From Acidimicrobiales bacterium (GTDB taxonomy: Bacteria; Actinomycetota; Acidimicrobiia; Acidimicrobiales; SZUA-35), in assembly GCA_037968895.1 (NCBI GenBank), contig JBBKWJ010000117.1:16497-80496 (forward strand): a DNA stretch of 64,000 nt, given 5' to 3'. Below the pieces are notes generated by a model. That model was not told the DNA's origin, did not search any database, and saw only the letters and a list, made by a program, of their open reading frames with translations. Positions 9,955-19,592 of this stretch are shown here, one piece after another. The stretch's first letter is position 1. Every line of letters starts with the position of its first letter. The translations under genes and the position numbers were made by a program.

Positions 9955-10542
9955 ATGAGTAAGGCTACGGCCGATCTGCCAAAAGACGAAGAGTGGACCG
10001 TGCCAACGCTGGCGACGCCGCGACTCATCCTGCGGTCCTGGACAGCCGACGACACGGCGCCATACACCGCACTCTGCCAAGACCCCCGGGTCATGCGTTA
10101 CGTCAGCTCGGGTCGGGCACTCACCGATGAGGAAGTCGCTGACCGACTGAACCGCTATCAGCGCTTCTGGAGAAGGCACGGCTTCGGGCCATTTGCCGTT
10201 GTAGATCAAGTTACGAACGAGCTCGTTGGTTCCTGCGGCCTCAGCCTTCCGACGTATGCACCGCAGCTCATGCCTGCAATCGAAATTGGGTGGCGGCTCG
10301 CCACAACCCACTGGGGCAAGGGTTTCGGCACCGAGGCCGCAACTGCAGTTCTCGACTGGGGGTTCGCCACTCACGACTTCGACGCCGTCGTCGCCATCGT
10401 GCATCCTGGAAACACCAGCGGGGCCGCAGTCGCAGTTCGGATGTCAATGACACGAGAGCAACAAACGACGATTGGGACAGACTTGAACGCCGATGTGTTT
10501 CGAATCACCAAGGCCCAGTGGGATATGACGGACCGCACGTGA
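9955..10542 (+). CDS. GNAT N-acetyltransferase, RimJ/RimL type
   Basis: L.TPRLILR, EIGWRL...HWGKGFGTEAA. Start could be 9955 or the GTG at 10000. Confidence 0.88.
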   Translation: MSKATADLPKDEEWTVPTLATPRLILRSWTADDTAPYTALCQDPRVMRYVSSGRALTDEEVADRLNRYQRFWRRHGFGPFAVVDQVTNELVGSCGLSLPTYAPQLMPAIEIGWRLATTHWGKGFGTEAATAVLDWGFATHDFDAVVAIVHPGNTSGAAVAVRMSMTREQQTTIGTDLNADVFRITKAQWDMTDRT

Positions 10543-10976
10543 GCCGCTGGGATCGCAATAGACCAAACCGATCCGTTGGCGGACTCGCCAAACTCCGTCC
10601 AACCTCAAGGCGGCTCTCAGCATTCGAACTTGATCTGTATGACCACATCTCTGCCGATCTGCGGGCGAAAACCCGGGTGGTTTCCGTCCCCTTTATTCTC
10701 GGTGGCTACGACGGAATGACGCTTGGGCCTTTTGTGCTTCTCAAGCAGTCGCTCAGTCCAGACGGCCACAGCCTGCTACTCGCGCACGAACTGGTACATG
10801 TGCGGCAGTGGAAGGAGCTTGGAACCCGTCGCTTCCTCCGCTCATATCTCTCGGATTTCGTAAAGGGGCTCAAAACTCACCGTTCGTGGCGAGTCGCCTA
10901 CCGGGCGATTGGGCTCGAGGTAGAGGCTCGCGATCTCGCTAACGAGTGGCAAAAACGCCACTCTTCCACCGAATAG
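10539..10976 (+). CDS. DUF4157-like HExxH zinc-metallopeptidase-fold protein
   Basis: GMTLG, LLAHELVHVRQW, Y...LEVEA. GTGA overlap with the GNAT stop. Confidence 0.7.
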   Translation: MSRWDRNRPNRSVGGLAKLRPTSRRLSAFELDLYDHISADLRAKTRVVSVPFILGGYDGMTLGPFVLLKQSLSPDGHSLLLAHELVHVRQWKELGTRRFLRSYLSDFVKGLKTHRSWRVAYRAIGLEVEARDLANEWQKRHSSTE

Positions 10977-11078
10977 GTCCGAGGCCTGTCTTCACTTGCG
11001 CATCGATGATGTGACACCAGTGTGACGAACGATTGAAGTCGGTGCGCAGTTCCGATAACGTGCTAACGCTTATGTAGT

Positions 11079-11092
11079 TGTAAGCGCTTACA
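11079..11092. promoter_or_regulatory. LacI-family operator-like perfect palindrome TGTAAGCGCTTACA
   Basis: 14-bp perfect palindrome with central CG, about 50 nt upstream of the sugar ABC operon. A weaker copy lies at 11061-11074. Confidence 0.8.
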
Positions 11093-11144
11093 TCTTTCAA
11101 CTGAAGATGTAGGGAGAGGGTCCGAATTCCGGGCCGCACGAGAC

Positions 11145-12569
11145 ATGAAAGGGTTCATACGTATGCGCCTTTCGCACTGGAAGAGCCTGTTAGCTCTGTT
11201 GTTTGCCTTCTCTTTGGTAGCAGCAGCCTGCAGCGGTGACGACACCGAGACGTCGTCCACCGACAACACCAATGCCACGGACGAGTCAACTGACTCAACC
11301 GAAGCAATGGACGACACAGCAACCACTGAGGCCGCGGGCGATTCGTCCGGTGGCAACTCAGTAACAATCACCGGCACCGAGCGTTCCGATGAGGAAGCCG
11401 GATCACTCCAGGCTGTCCTCGGCGCATTCGGCGAAGCCAACGGCTTTACAGTCAACTACGTGCCTTCGGCCGACTGGGAAGCTGAAATCAACGTTGCAAT
11501 CGAGGGTGGCACCGAGCCAGACATCTCGATCTTCCCGCAGCCAGGCAAGCTTGCTGACTTCGCTCGTGACGGTCACCTCCTCGCCCTGCCTGACGATGTC
11601 AACTCCTCTGTATCCGCAAACTGGGACGAGTCGTGGATGAGCTTCGGCAACGTCGACGGCACCCAGTTCGGAGTTCCAAACAAGTCCGACCTCAAGTCCC
11701 TCGTTTGGTATCAGCCAGGTCGTTTTGAAGAACTCGGCTACACCGTCCCGACCACATGGGACGAACTCGTCACCCTCACCGAAACCGCTGCCGCTGACGG
11801 CAACACCCCATGGTGTGTCGGTCTTGAGTCAGGCCAGGCAACTGGCTGGCCATTCACCGACTGGACCGAAGACTTGATGCTCCGTACCGCTGGTCCAGAG
11901 GCGTACGACCAATGGGTTGCTGGCGAACTCAAGTTCAGCGATCCAGCAGTCATCGACGTGTTCAACATGATCAAGGGTCTCTGGGACATCGAAGACGCTG
12001 TCTTCTCTGCCGGTGGCTCAATTGTCGCAACAGCGTTCCAGGACAACGGTCAGCCACTGGTTGACGGCGACTGCCTCATGCACCGTCAGGCTTCGTTCTT
12101 CTCTGCGTTCATCCCCGAGGGCACCGCCTTCGCTGATGGATCAGACGGCGCAGTCGACACGTTCTACTTCCCAACCGTTGACGGCACCAAGCCAGTCCTC
12201 GTTGCCGGCACCGTCGCCGCTGCGTTCCATGACACCCCAGAAGTTTGGATGGTCATGGAATACCTGGGCTCAGCCGAGTACGCCAACGCCCGTCAGGCAG
12301 CTCAGAAGGAACTAAAGGGTGGCGCTGGCGTCTTCTCCGGCTTCCTCTCCGCTGTTAAGGGCCAGGACCTCAGTGGCTACGAGCCACTTGAGCAAGGCTT
12401 CATCGAGATCATTGAGACCGCTGAAGTTGCTCGCTTCGACGGTTCAGACCTCATGCCTGCCGATGTCGGCGCCGGCACCTTCTGGACCGAAGGCACCAAC
12501 TTCGTCAACGGTGACGCCACTGCTGAAGAAGCAGCCGCCAAAATTGACGCTTCATGGCCAGCCGGCTGA
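11145..12569 (+). CDS. Sugar ABC transporter substrate-binding lipoprotein (AglE/alpha-glucoside-like)
   Basis: Lipobox VAAAC, Thr/Asp-rich linker, PQPG, KSLVWY, WCVGLESGQATGWP.TDW.ED, RFDGSDLMP. Start may be 11145 or 11163. Confidence 0.9.
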   Translation: MKGFIRMRLSHWKSLLALLFAFSLVAAACSGDDTETSSTDNTNATDESTDSTEAMDDTATTEAAGDSSGGNSVTITGTERSDEEAGSLQAVLGAFGEANGFTVNYVPSADWEAEINVAIEGGTEPDISIFPQPGKLADFARDGHLLALPDDVNSSVSANWDESWMSFGNVDGTQFGVPNKSDLKSLVWYQPGRFEELGYTVPTTWDELVTLTETAAADGNTPWCVGLESGQATGWPFTDWTEDLMLRTAGPEAYDQWVAGELKFSDPAVIDVFNMIKGLWDIEDAVFSAGGSIVATAFQDNGQPLVDGDCLMHRQASFFSAFIPEGTAFADGSDGAVDTFYFPTVDGTKPVLVAGTVAAAFHDTPEVWMVMEYLGSAEYANARQAAQKELKGGAGVFSGFLSAVKGQDLSGYEPLEQGFIEIIETAEVARFDGSDLMPADVGAGTFWTEGTNFVNGDATAEEAAAKIDASWPAG

Positions 12570-12594
12570 TATAGCACGGCGTAAGTAGTACTTG

Positions 12595-12625
12595 GGAAGG
12601 CGCCGGATTCGTTCCGGCGCCTTCC
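12595..12625 (+). terminator. 13-bp perfect intergenic stem-loop after the binding-protein gene (mRNA stabiliser or partial terminator)
   Basis: GGAAGGCGCCGGA-ttcgt-TCCGGCGCCTTCC. Confidence 0.75.
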
Positions 12626-12708
12626 TGCATTTCGGACAGAAACCACACATCATCTAAGCTCTGGCGGCTTGCGAATTCGACACCAAGGGGAAACCGTATG
12701 AGGCACAC

Positions 12709-14643
12709 ATGGACAAAGTGATCAGCACACTCATCAGTGTTGGGATCGCTGTCGGCGGTTTCCTCGCTTTGTGGATTGGGGCGAACCTGATCTTCAATCA
12801 AGTGCGCAAAGACTTCTCCCGATTTAGCGTCATTGTCGGGTCCATCCTCGGCGCCGCGTTCATGGCCATAATCGACGGCAACTCGCTGGTCACTCGGGCG
12901 ACGGCAACGAAAGGCGAATGGCCCCTCAAGGCTGATTACTTGGTTTGGCCAGTTGTCGGTGCGCTGATAGTTGGCGGCGGCATGTTTGCGCTGTCCAAGG
13001 TGCACGACCGTCCAAAAAGATTTCTCATCTCAATTGCAACCTTTGTCGGCCTGTCTCTTCTCATCGCTTTCACGCTCAAGACAGGCTGGCGACTTCGTCT
13101 GAAGACCGTCCCGCTATTTATCTGGCCTATCGCCTTGGCCGCCGTTGGCGCAGCTACGAACGCCTTACGAGCGAGGAACCCTCTCCACGGAGCGCTCACC
13201 GGCGGATTCATCGGCTGGCTTCTCGGCACTTTTGGCGGCGGGATCAACGCCCAAAACGCGAGTTCGTCGACCGCAATCACCGAGACGTTAATTGCCTGCG
13301 TTGTCGCCGGAATTCTGCTTGGCGCTCGAGTTGGCATGACCCATGTTCCTAACCTCGTCACGAAGGCGAAGATCGATGACCGCAGCCGGGCCTGGATCTT
13401 CATTGGTCCTGCGGTCGCGTTTATCTCGGTCATGCTGATCCTGCCAACGATTTTGACCATCATCCTTTCCGTCAAGGACAACAAAGGCGATCAGTACGTC
13501 GGCCTCGACAACTACCGCTCTGTGTTCAGGGACGACGACAACTGGGATCTAAGCAGCCTTTCCGGCCTGTTTACTTCAAGCATCCTGCCTTGGGTCGGCT
13601 TTTTTCTTCTCGCCGCAATCGGCCTCGCCGTCCTTCTCGGCCGGGAGACTAAGCAGGGAATCAACTTTGGCGGAGCGCCAATCTTCCCGCTCATCATGGC
13701 TGGCGGGCTTTTCAGCTTTGCGTTCTTCACCCATGCTCGGGGCACGATCTTCAACAACCTGTGGTGGGTCGTCGGCGTCACGCTCCTCGCCACTTCCCTT
13801 GGGCTAGCCGTAGCTAAGTTTGCAGACGGCGCGAAATTTGAATCGGTGGCCAAATCGTTCGTGTTCATGCCCATGGCTATCTCAATGGTTGGCGCCTCTA
13901 TTGTGTGGCGGCTCATCATGTACCAGGCCCGCAACGAGGCGAAACCACAGACTGGTGTGCTCAACGCCATCTGGGTCTGGCTCGGCGACATCACTACAAC
14001 CTGGGGCCTCGGGCGAGTGGTCGTGCTCGCAATCTTCCTCGGAGCTGCGGCCGCGTTGATTTACGCTTTCATTCGGGCGCTACCCAACTCAACCAGCACC
14101 GCGTTCTTGTACCTAGTGCTCACCGCACCACCCCTCTGGATTGCCCTACGCACAGCCACAGACGGCATCGGGGGCTACGTGATCAAGAACAACGGCAGCA
14201 TCGCTCCCGGTCCGATCAACTTCGTACAGGGTCCGCCCTTCAACAACTTCTGGCTCATGCTGATTCTCATCTGGATTCAGACAGGGTTTGCGATGGTGAT
14301 CCTGTCGGCCTCGATCAAGTCGGTGCCGGACGATTATCTCGAAGCGGCGAGCATGGATGGAGCAACCGACAGTCAGAAGTTCTGGCGCATCACGCTGCCA
14401 CAGATTCTGCCAACTATCGGGGTCGTCGCAACAACCATCATGGTCAACGTGATGAAAGTGTTCGACATCGTCAAGGTCACAACTAATGGTCAGTTCGGCA
14501 GCCAGGTGCTCGCCAACGCCATGTTCCAGCAAGCGTTCCAGTTCGGCAACTCCGGCACCGGCGCCGCTCTCGCGGTCATGCTCTTCGCCTTCATCTTGCC
14601 GATCATGGTGCTCAACATCAGCAGACTGACGAAGGAGGCCTGA
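12709..14643 (+). CDS. Sugar ABC permease (MalF/AglF-like) with large extra membrane regions
   Basis: WIFIGPA, GLDNY, FMPMAIS, WIQTGFAMV, EAA loop EAASMDGA, KVFDIV; 644 aa. Confidence 0.9.
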   Translation: MDKVISTLISVGIAVGGFLALWIGANLIFNQVRKDFSRFSVIVGSILGAAFMAIIDGNSLVTRATATKGEWPLKADYLVWPVVGALIVGGGMFALSKVHDRPKRFLISIATFVGLSLLIAFTLKTGWRLRLKTVPLFIWPIALAAVGAATNALRARNPLHGALTGGFIGWLLGTFGGGINAQNASSSTAITETLIACVVAGILLGARVGMTHVPNLVTKAKIDDRSRAWIFIGPAVAFISVMLILPTILTIILSVKDNKGDQYVGLDNYRSVFRDDDNWDLSSLSGLFTSSILPWVGFFLLAAIGLAVLLGRETKQGINFGGAPIFPLIMAGGLFSFAFFTHARGTIFNNLWWVVGVTLLATSLGLAVAKFADGAKFESVAKSFVFMPMAISMVGASIVWRLIMYQARNEAKPQTGVLNAIWVWLGDITTTWGLGRVVVLAIFLGAAAALIYAFIRALPNSTSTAFLYLVLTAPPLWIALRTATDGIGGYVIKNNGSIAPGPINFVQGPPFNNFWLMLILIWIQTGFAMVILSASIKSVPDDYLEAASMDGATDSQKFWRITLPQILPTIGVVATTIMVNVMKVFDIVKVTTNGQFGSQVLANAMFQQAFQFGNSGTGAALAVMLFAFILPIMVLNISRLTKEA

Positions 14644-14644
14644 G

Positions 14645-15586
14645 ATGACAATCGCATCCAGCAAAAAGGGCAGGGCGATCGACCGCTTTTACGGCGCCCT
14701 CAGCTCGGTCCCAATGTGGATCTTTGCGCTCGTCTGGCTGGTGCCGACGTTTGGTCTGATGATCAACTCGTTCCGGCCGAAAGATTCACAGCGCAACAGT
14801 GGCTGGTGGACGCTTGAGGCGGACGGGCTTGGCGAACGTCTCAGCATCCAGGGTTACCGAGATGTCTTTGAAGCAGGAACAACCAACACGCTTGGTCAGT
14901 CCCTTCTCAACTCCGCAGCAATCGCCTTACCGGCAACGATCATCCCAATTGCCGTGGCCGCATTCGCGGCCTACGGGTTTGCCTGGATCGACTTCAAGGG
15001 CAGGAAACTCCTGTTCATCAGCGTCGTCGCCATCATGGCAATTCCACTTCAGGTCGCGTTGATTCCGCTTTTGAAGATGTACGTCGGCGGAGCCCACTTG
15101 ACCCTGCCTTTCCTTGAGAAGACCGTCACACTCGTACCTGGTTGGGGCGTCCAAGGGCAGCCGATTTCGGTGTGGCTCACTCACACTGGGTTTGCGATGC
15201 CGTTCGCCATCTTCTTGTTACACAACTACATCGTCTCGTTGCCGAAAGACATTTTCGAGTCAGCGCGGATTGATGGTGCCGACCATTTCACCATCTTCTG
15301 GCGACTGGTGCTGCCGCTCTCGATTCCGGTGCTGGCTGCGTTCGCCATCTTCCAGTTCCTGTGGACCTGGAACGACTACCTCATCGCAAACACGATGCTG
15401 GGTGCCAACGGGTTCGAGCATCACCCGACCACCATCTTCATCGCCAACTTGGCCGGCGACTTCGGCAAAAACGAACACCTGCTTCCGGCAGCCGCCTTCG
15501 TGCAAGCGTTTGTGCCGCTCTGCGTGTTCTTCGGCCTCCAGCGATTCTTCGTCCGAGGCCTCCTGGCAGGTTCTGTAAAAGGCTGA
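14645..15586 (+). CDS. Sugar ABC permease (MalG/AglG-like)
   Basis: AAYGFAW, ESARIDGA, FLWTWNDYL, QRFFVRGLLAGSVKG. Confidence 0.92.
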   Translation: MTIASSKKGRAIDRFYGALSSVPMWIFALVWLVPTFGLMINSFRPKDSQRNSGWWTLEADGLGERLSIQGYRDVFEAGTTNTLGQSLLNSAAIALPATIIPIAVAAFAAYGFAWIDFKGRKLLFISVVAIMAIPLQVALIPLLKMYVGGAHLTLPFLEKTVTLVPGWGVQGQPISVWLTHTGFAMPFAIFLLHNYIVSLPKDIFESARIDGADHFTIFWRLVLPLSIPVLAAFAIFQFLWTWNDYLIANTMLGANGFEHHPTTIFIANLAGDFGKNEHLLPAAAFVQAFVPLCVFFGLQRFFVRGLLAGSVKG

Positions 15587-15682
15587 GCTTCGCTCAGCAC
15601 GCCTTTTCGCTAGCGCGAAAACGCTCAGGTTAGAAGCGGCTGCTTTTCTGCCCGGAAACGGTGCCGAAAAGCGGCCGCTTTT
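15582..15682. repeat. Cluster of hairpins and palindromes at the end of the ABC operon
   Basis: GCTGAGC-ttc-GCTCAGC; TTTTCGC-tagc-GCGAAAA; two copies of ARAAGCGGCYGCTTTT (15632, 15667). Confidence 0.65.
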
Positions 15683-15758
15683 GGCGTTGAGGCATCGTCG
15701 GTGCTGCCCAACAAGCCTGGCACCCTCGGGATCTGGTGAGGCGGCTAGACTCTCCCCC

Positions 15759-17012
15759 GTGCGACGTCTGTCTGTCATCTTGTCCGGACTCCTGCTTCTG
15801 CTTGCCAGCTTGGCGCAGCCAGCAGGGGCGCAAACAATGGAGTCTTTTGCCGAGGCAATCGATAGCGACGGCTACTACGTCGACCCTGGCGTCGAGGCCA
15901 ATCTCACCGACGCCGATTGGGAAGGCATCCAGAGCGCCATCGCCAACGGCATTGCCTTTGTGTCGTTTGACCAAGAGGCCGAGGGCGACGCGAACGGCCA
16001 AGCCATTGCCACCAACCTCGTTTCGCTCAGCCAGAACTACGACTCAATTGTCGTCCTCTTCAGCGACGGCGTGTACTCCCAGGGTCCAGGAGACCTCAAC
16101 CAGGCCACCAGTCGGCAAGCGACCATTGATGCCTTTCGAGCCGGCAATGTCGGCGCCGGGCTTATGTCCATCGTCGACTTTGTCGGTGGCGATATTCCAG
16201 CCGGCGACACGACAGCTCAAACTACTGCGCCTGCAGACGCAAGCGCTCCCGTAAGTAGCAGCGAAACAGCCCAAGCCACAGACTCTGGTTCATCAGGTGG
16301 CGGCATCCCTTGGCTCTGGATCATTCTGGCCGCGGTCGCCACGTTCTTCTTTGTCCGTTGGCGTTCAGCGAAAGCCAAAGCGAAGAAGCTTCTCATCGCC
16401 GACATGGAAGTAGACCGGGCCGAAATCAAGGAGCAACTCAAAGACAACGCCGACAAGGTGATCACCCTCGGCGACAGCGTAATCGCCAGTCAAGATCAAG
16501 AACTCATCGATCTCTACGACAAAGCAAGCCGAACGTATCAAGAAGTGAGCCAGTCGGTTGACGAGGCAACGACGCCAGAGGCTGTCGATGCACTCGATGA
16601 TCGAATCGACGAAGCCGAATGGGAGTTCGACGTCATTCAGGCTCGTCTCAACGGAACTCCGATCCCTATCTCGCCGGCCGAACTCGAGGCTACGGAAGCA
16701 GCCAAGAACGCTCCTCCGCCTCCCTCCGCCGGTCCCGCCCTCGGTCCGAACGAATCAGTGCTCGGCGGAGGAGGCCCAACGCGGCAGCCTCGTCGCGAAC
16801 GCTCGTACCAACCGAAACGCCAACGGGGTCGAGGTGGCGGCATGGGCACGTCCATTCTCATGATGCTGGCCACGTTCCTTTTCAACTCATACGGTCAGAG
16901 CTCACGTCGCACAGAACGGCGGGGCTCAAGCTCAACGTCGTCTCAGCCAAGGGGCGGACCACTCGGCGGCTCGGTGCTTGGCGGCGCCCCACGTCGCGGC
17001 GGCCGTCGCTAA
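15759..17012 (+). CDS. Exported/membrane hypothetical protein (TPM-like N-domain, TM helix, coiled coil, Gly/Arg-rich tail)
   Basis: Signal peptide (RRLSVILSGLLLLLASLAQPAGA), central TM IPWLWIILAAV, helical acidic region. TAGACT lies 7 nt upstream of GTG 15759. Confidence 0.7.
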   Translation: MRRLSVILSGLLLLLASLAQPAGAQTMESFAEAIDSDGYYVDPGVEANLTDADWEGIQSAIANGIAFVSFDQEAEGDANGQAIATNLVSLSQNYDSIVVLFSDGVYSQGPGDLNQATSRQATIDAFRAGNVGAGLMSIVDFVGGDIPAGDTTAQTTAPADASAPVSSSETAQATDSGSSGGGIPWLWIILAAVATFFFVRWRSAKAKAKKLLIADMEVDRAEIKEQLKDNADKVITLGDSVIASQDQELIDLYDKASRTYQEVSQSVDEATTPEAVDALDDRIDEAEWEFDVIQARLNGTPIPISPAELEATEAAKNAPPPPSAGPALGPNESVLGGGGPTRQPRRERSYQPKRQRGRGGGMGTSILMMLATFLFNSYGQSSRRTERRGSSSTSSQPRGGPLGGSVLGGAPRRGGRR

Positions 17013-17845
17013 TGTCCCAAGATCTTCCGCCTTACCTCTCCCCCTCGTCGGCTGCGTCGTACGACGACTGTCCCAAGCGCTGGCGCTTCAAGTACATCGA
17101 CAAGCTCCCGGAGCCACCAAGTGAGCCTGCGCTGGTCGGAAACTTCGCCCACGAGGTCTTAGAGCATCTCTGCGAGCTGCCCGAAATCGACCGCACCGTC
17201 GACCAGGCAAAGACGCTCGCCGCAAAGCTTTGGCCCGAGTTCGAAACGACTCGAAACTTCGGCGAGCTTGAGCTGTCACCAGACGAGAAGCGGGCCTTTC
17301 GATGGAAGTCGTGGCTCGCGATTACCGGTCTTTGGGACCTCGAAGACCCGGCAACGATCGACGTTGTCGCGACTGAGCAGAAGGTTTCCGTCGACCTTGG
17401 CAATGTCCCGTTCCTCGGCATCGTTGACCGGGTTGAACGCGATGGCACAAAGCTCGTCATCAGCGATTACAAGTCTGGCGCGGTACCGAAACCGCGTTAC
17501 CGAGACGACAAGATCAAACAGGTCATGCTCTACGCCGCCGCCCTCGAGGCGATGGAAGGCGAGCAGCCTGAGCGGGTGCAATTGCTGTATCTCGGCCAGC
17601 AAACGGTGGCGACTACCGTGACCGATCGCAAGATCGAGGCTGCAGTCGGCGAACTCAACAGCACCTGGGCCGATCTGTCCGCGTCGTGCGAAACCGACAC
17701 ATTTGCCGCGAAGACCGCTGTTCTGTGCGGCTGGTGCCCATACGCAGCAATCTGCGAAGAAGGCATGGCCTACCTGCAGAGTCGCTATGACAAGGGCAAC
17801 CTGCCAGCCCACGCCCCCGCTATCGAGCACCTCACCACTACCTAG
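17012..17845 (+). CDS. RecB-family PD-(D/E)XK exonuclease with four-Cys cluster ligands
   Basis: LSPS....Y..CP, GNFAH, E, GIVDRV, ISDYKSG, QVMLYA, CGWCP...C. TAATG overlap with the upstream gene. Confidence 0.9.
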   Translation: MSQDLPPYLSPSSAASYDDCPKRWRFKYIDKLPEPPSEPALVGNFAHEVLEHLCELPEIDRTVDQAKTLAAKLWPEFETTRNFGELELSPDEKRAFRWKSWLAITGLWDLEDPATIDVVATEQKVSVDLGNVPFLGIVDRVERDGTKLVISDYKSGAVPKPRYRDDKIKQVMLYAAALEAMEGEQPERVQLLYLGQQTVATTVTDRKIEAAVGELNSTWADLSASCETDTFAAKTAVLCGWCPYAAICEEGMAYLQSRYDKGNLPAHAPAIEHLTTT

Positions 17846-17869
17846 CCTGCACCACGAACACTAGCTTGA

Positions 17870-17902
17870 CGAACGGTTTGGGGTCAGACCCCAAACCGTT
17901 CG
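17870..17902. repeat. REP-like perfect palindrome, copy 1
   Basis: CGAACGGTTTGGGGTC-a-GACCCCAAACCGTTCG. Confidence 0.8.
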
Positions 17903-17973
17903 CGCCGGTTCGCTCAAGTTCTTCGGTGGGAGTCCGAAAACATGGGAGAAGCTACGGCGGAGTGTGTAGGCCA

Positions 17974-18156
17974 ATGACAGCGATTGAATTGCCAAAACCC
18001 GTTACCTCACTAGCGCTTGACGCTGGTTGGCATCGTGACCCAATGGGCGAGCATCGGCTGCGGTACTTTGACGGCGCCGAGTGGACAGATCACGTAACCC
18101 ACTTCGGGCCTTGGCCTTGTGAAGGCTGCGATTCTGTCGACACGACGAACGACTAG
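17974..18156 (+). CDS. Small stand-alone DUF2510 protein (60 aa) with C-terminal CxxC
   Basis: AGWHRDPMGEHRLRYFDGAEWTDHV, then CEGC. Confidence 0.75.
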   Translation: MTAIELPKPVTSLALDAGWHRDPMGEHRLRYFDGAEWTDHVTHFGPWPCEGCDSVDTTND

Positions 18157-18210
18157 CCGCAAAGAGGGCGAAACGGTCGGCTCGAGGCCTCAACCGCTCG
18201 CCACTTCATC

Positions 18211-19425
18211 TCAGCCTGTTATTGCTGCCTGATAGACGGCAGAAAACTCGGCGTCTTCCTCGTCGCTGAGGACCCGCCAATCGGTAGATGCGTCGAGCCA
18301 CGACTGTGGCGGGTTTATGAGGGGGTTGCTGGCTACCTCAGGATCGAGCTTCTCGAGCTCGGACCCGACTCCGCTTACTGGCGAGATGTACTGCACCTGA
18401 TTCGTAAGCTTGGCGCTCACCACGGGGTCGTAGTAGTAGTCGATCAACTGGTTGACCGCAGCGTGAGCCTCGGCACTAACGGTGATCGGCACTACCCAGT
18501 TGTCGGCGAAGCTCAGCATCCCCTCGTCTGGAACGACGAACGCAATGTCGGGGTTCACGCGCTGAATCTGAGCGATATCGCCCGAGTAACACATTGCGAT
18601 CGCAGTGTTTCCCGCAGCGAGATCGGCGAGATAGTCGTTTCCGGTAAAGGCGCGGAATTGGCCCGCATCCCTCGCAACTTTGACCTTGTCAGCGGCCGCC
18701 TGCACGACAGCCAGATCGACATTCGTGAGGCTGCTTCCCATGCCTCGAATGACCAATCCGAGTCCATCTCGAAAATCGCTGAACATAGTCACGTTGCCCG
18801 CAAATTGAGGGTCGAAGAGATCATTGATACTCGTGATCTCGCGACCAGTAAGAGCAGAGTTGTATGCGATCGAAATGAAGCCGCCAAAGTACGGCAGGCT
18901 AAAGGCCCGATCGGGGTCGATCGGCGACTGACCGAACGCGAGATTGGCCCTTGCATTCGGAATAAAATTCATGTCGAGCGGGGCCAGATAACCAAGCGAG
19001 ATAAGCCGTCCCACCATGTGGTTTGAGACGATGAAGGTGTCGGCGCCAATGTCGAGACCGTCTCGTAGCTGCTCGCTGATACTGGCAAAGTACTGCTCGT
19101 TGTCGGTTATGGCCTCGCTGTATACGACTGTGATCCCAGTGGCCTCGGTGAAATCATCGAGGGTCGAAGTGTCATCTACGCTTTGCTCGGCCAGGTCGAT
19201 ATATGCGGGCCAATTTGACCATCGAACCGAACTGGTAGCGACGACATCCTTCAGCGACCCAACCGTCGTCTCCGTCACAACAAGCTCGTCGCCACTGGCA
19301 CACGCCCCAAGGAGCGCAGGCGACAATGCAAAACCACCAAGCGCCATGGCTCCGCGACCAAGAAACCCTCGGCGGTTGAGATTTTCGGGGCCTTCTGCGA
19401 CCGAGCCGTCTAACGAACTAGTCAT
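18211..19425 (-). CDS. Polyamine (PotD/PotF-like) ABC substrate-binding Tat lipoprotein
   Basis: LNRRGFLG twin-arginine motif, lipobox LGAC, NWPAYID, YSGD, PDEG, DNW. Confidence 0.88.
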   Translation of the reverse strand: MTSSLDGSVAEGPENLNRRGFLGRGAMALGGFALSPALLGACASGDELVVTETTVGSLKDVVATSSVRWSNWPAYIDLAEQSVDDTSTLDDFTEATGITVVYSEAITDNEQYFASISEQLRDGLDIGADTFIVSNHMVGRLISLGYLAPLDMNFIPNARANLAFGQSPIDPDRAFSLPYFGGFISIAYNSALTGREITSINDLFDPQFAGNVTMFSDFRDGLGLVIRGMGSSLTNVDLAVVQAAADKVKVARDAGQFRAFTGNDYLADLAAGNTAIAMCYSGDIAQIQRVNPDIAFVVPDEGMLSFADNWVVPITVSAEAHAAVNQLIDYYYDPVVSAKLTNQVQYISPVSGVGSELEKLDPEVASNPLINPPQSWLDASTDWRVLSDEEDAEFSAVYQAAITG

Positions 19426-19592
19426 ACTCTCTTTCAGCTGAGACCGAGGCAACATAGCTCATAGAAGCAGCGGGTCAGCAGGTGTGCAATAGGGGCCGAC
19501 TCTAGCAATTATCCTCACGCGCAACGAACGATTGTGCGTCATCGAACGTCCGAGCGCTAAAGTCAGTTGAATCGCCAAGAGTGAGAGGCCCG

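Noticed and set aside
11145..15586. Sugar ABC importer as the transporter for the sulfoquinovose unit
   Set aside because: It lies about 18 kb away, has its own LacI-type operator and has AglE-like motifs. Nothing in the sequence links the two.
17012..17902. Cas4-like nuclease plus palindrome as a CRISPR locus
   Set aside because: There is no repeat-spacer array and no other cas gene. Stand-alone RecB-family nucleases are common in Actinobacteria.
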